This document shows, piece after piece, positions 27,695 to 29,847 of a stretch of DNA of 29,847 nt. Under the pieces are notes generated by a model that did no database searches, was not told where the DNA came from, and saw only the letters and a list, made by a program, of their open reading frames with translations. Source of the stretch: Candidatus Eremiobacteraceae bacterium (lineage in GTDB: Bacteria > Vulcanimicrobiota > Vulcanimicrobiia > Eremiobacterales > Eremiobacteraceae); assembly GCA_035307865.1 (NCBI GenBank), contig DATGHT010000321.1, positions 1 through 29,847 of the forward strand, given 5' to 3'. Within the stretch, counting starts at the first letter, position 1. Each line of letters begins with the position of its first letter. The translations under genes and the position numbers were made by a program.

Positions 27695-28560
27695 GCGGGT
27701 TCGGCGCCAAGCCCGCGGCGCGCAACTTCCATGTTGATGATCAGCCGCGGCAAGACATCGATGAACGCGTGGTTTGCGCGGCGCAATTCCTCACGCTTCA
27801 CGCCTTCGATACCGTTTCGCTCGAGCAAGTCATCGCTTAAGATGAACCGATGGGGCAGCGCCCGGGCCTCCTCGAAGGCGGCTGCGCGAATTTCTTCCGC
27901 CGCCGCCGCATAGCGCGGGTCCGCCACCCAGCTCTTACAATCTTTCCACCACACTTCGAGCCAGTCCGGGTAGGCTGCGATCGCGCGGTACTCGCTGCTC
28001 ACAAAGGCCGACCCGAATGTCGCTTTCATCTCTTCGTGGACGGCACGGACGCGCGGCGGCCAGTCGCGTTCTTCGGCTAGCAGCAAGGGGGTCGCGCGAA
28101 ACTCTTTCACGCCGTGGCCGTAGTGGTGATCGTGGGCCGGGCCGGCTGTGCCCGTTCCGTTGATGGCTTCGCCGCGCAATGCCAATTCGACCGCCGCAGC
28201 GATGATGAGCACCTTGGGATTGGCGAGCCGGAAGAGATCGACGATCTCCCGCATGCGCCGCAGCTCCGGTGGCCCGATCGCGCGCGCCCGCAGCAGCGCG
28301 GCGTGATCGCGCACGGTAAAGCTGCTGACCGTCCGTTCGGCGATCGTTCCGATCTCGAGCGCTTGGTGGCCGAATTGCGCGGTCAGCACGCTGGGGCGCA
28401 ACCGGCGCCACGCGATCTCTAAAAACTTCGGCGTGGCAGCGTAAGCTTGGAAGAGCAAACTGACGACGGGCACGCGCAGCGAATTCTTGATCTCGCGGAA
28501 TGCCTCGCGCACACCGTCGTCGGTCGCATCGGCTTCCTTCACCAGCGGAATCATCTGCAT
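27691..28560 (-). CDS. DehI-family (group I alpha-haloacid dehalogenase-like) protein
   Basis: Two-fold internal repeat (IKNSLRVPVVSLLFQAYAATPKFLEIAWRRL / MKATFGSAFVSSEYRAIAAYPDWLEVWWKDC). LRVP, AWRR and NPK motifs match DehI as I recall it; size 289 aa. Confidence 0.78.
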   Translation of the reverse strand: MQMIPLVKEADATDDGVREAFREIKNSLRVPVVSLLFQAYAATPKFLEIAWRRLRPSVLTAQFGHQALEIGTIAERTVSSFTVRDHAALLRARAIGPPELRRMREIVDLFRLANPKVLIIAAAVELALRGEAINGTGTAGPAHDHHYGHGVKEFRATPLLLAEERDWPPRVRAVHEEMKATFGSAFVSSEYRAIAAYPDWLEVWWKDCKSWVADPRYAAAAEEIRAAAFEEARALPHRFILSDDLLERNGIEGVKREELRRANHAFIDVLPRLIINMEVARRGLGAEPA

Positions 28561-28569
28561 ACGGCCCGC

Positions 28570-29847
28570 CTACTGCCGGCGCGGCGGCTCTAACACCGTC
28601 TTGAGATGCAGTTCGCGCAGCATTTGCGGGTCCACCTCATCGGGTGCGTTGACCATGAGATCTTGGAAGCGTTGGTTTTTCGGAAAAGCGATGACCTCGC
28701 GGATGGAATCGGCGCCCACCATGAGCAAAATGATGCGGTCCACTCCGAGCGCCATACCACCGTGCGGCGGCGCTCCGTAACCGAAGGCCTCAAGCAAGAA
28801 CCCGAAGCGGCTCTCCACGTCGTGCGGCGTGTACCCGAGCAAATCGAATATTCTCCGCTGCACCGCCGGATCGTGGATACGAATCGAACCGCTGCCCAGC
28901 TCCATGCCGTTGAGCACGCAGTCATAATGCTGCGCTCGCAGCGCGAGCGGGTCGCCCGCAAGCGACTCCTGACCAGGCGCCGGCGCGGTGAAGGGATGGT
29001 GCGCGGGCGTCAGCGCTCCCGTCTCGACATCGCGCTCGAAGAGCGGAAAATCCAGCACCCAGCAGAACGCAAACTTTTTGGGATCGCGCAAGCCGCGTTC
29101 AGCGCCGATCTGCAAGCGCATTTTTCCGGCCAGCATTTGCGCGCTCGCGCGCTCGTCGGCGACCATGTATATGGCTGAACCCGTTGCCGCTCCGCTCACC
29201 GTTTTCAAGCGTGCAAGCGTGGCATCGTTCAGCGCGGCTTTCGGCAGCGACGACTTCACGCCGTCCGCGCCGAACGCGATCCAAGCCAACCCCTTCGCGC
29301 CCTGCTCGATCGCGCTCGCGACGAGGGCGTCGAACTCGCGGCGCGAGCGTGATGCTCCGCCCTCTTCAGTGAAGCCGACGATCGCCTTGCCCTCGGCGAC
29401 TGCGGACGCGAAGATTTTGAACTCGCTCGCGCGGAACACATCGGAAAAGTCGTGCAGCTGCATGCCGAAGCGCAGGTCTGGTTTGTCGGATCCGTATTCG
29501 CGCAACGCCTGTTCGTGCGTGAGGCGTGGAAACGGAGCGACGACCTCGACGTTTAACGCGGCGCGAAACATATCGACGAGGGTTCCCTCGACGACGGCTA
29601 TGATCTCTGCCTGCGTCGGAAAGGTCATCTCGAGGTCGATCTGGGTGAATTCGGGCTGGCGGTCGGAACGGGTGTCCTCGTCGCGGAAGCATCGGGCTAT
29701 CTGGAAGTAGCGTTGAAAACCTGAAACCATGAGCAATTGCTTGAAGAGCTGCGGCGATTGGGGCAATGCATAGAAGCGGCCGGGATGCAAACGGCTCGGC
29801 ACGACAAAATCGCGCGCGCCTTCCGGCGTCTGCTTGATGAGCATGGG
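28570..29847 (-). CDS. aspS: Aspartate--tRNA ligase (5' part outside the window)
   Basis: TPEGARD, LPQSPQLFKQLLM, QIARCFRDED.R.DRQPEFTQ, HHPFT, GAPPHGG.A.G.DR. Confidence 0.97.
   Translation of the reverse strand, partial: PMLIKQTPEGARDFVVPSRLHPGRFYALPQSPQLFKQLLMVSGFQRYFQIARCFRDEDTRSDRQPEFTQIDLEMTFPTQAEIIAVVEGTLVDMFRAALNVEVVAPFPRLTHEQALREYGSDKPDLRFGMQLHDFSDVFRASEFKIFASAVAEGKAIVGFTEEGGASRSRREFDALVASAIEQGAKGLAWIAFGADGVKSSLPKAALNDATLARLKTVSGAATGSAIYMVADERASAQMLAGKMRLQIGAERGLRDPKKFAFCWVLDFPLFERDVETGALTPAHHPFTAPAPGQESLAGDPLALRAQHYDCVLNGMELGSGSIRIHDPAVQRRIFDLLGYTPHDVESRFGFLLEAFGYGAPPHGGMALGVDRIILLMVGADSIREVIAFPKNQRFQDLMVNAPDEVDPQMLRELHLKTVLEPPRRQ

Overview
High-GC bacterial chromosomal window with no mobile element, CRISPR array, tRNA or rRNA. 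The left 18.4 kb is a tightly packed minus-strand run: PfkB kinase, LMW phosphatase, rpiB, glyA, upp, dCMP deaminase, WecA/TagO-like transferase, wecB, a full F1Fo operon (atpZ-I-B-E-F'-F-H-A-G-D-C), murA, mreB-like, and a six-hairpin glycosidase cut by the window edge and missed by the ORF track. atpA is broken by a frameshift at about 7617, most likely a sequence error. Next come a degenerate TIM-barrel gene, an unannotated 6S RNA with promoter and terminator, and a large Cys-loop TonB-dependent receptor. That receptor is divergent from an operon encoding an Ala-Glu epimerase/DgcA-like enzyme, a DUF1611/DgcN-like protein, an orphan OppA-like lipoprotein and a secreted C39-like peptidase. This is the best candidate for an undescribed system (D-Glu/muropeptide scavenging). 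The window ends with a DehI-like haloacid dehalogenase homologue behind a partial aspS. Clostridia-like core synteny together with an outer-membrane receptor suggests a diderm Terrabacteria lineage such as Eremiobacterota (inference only). All family assignments come from motif recognition, not database searches.
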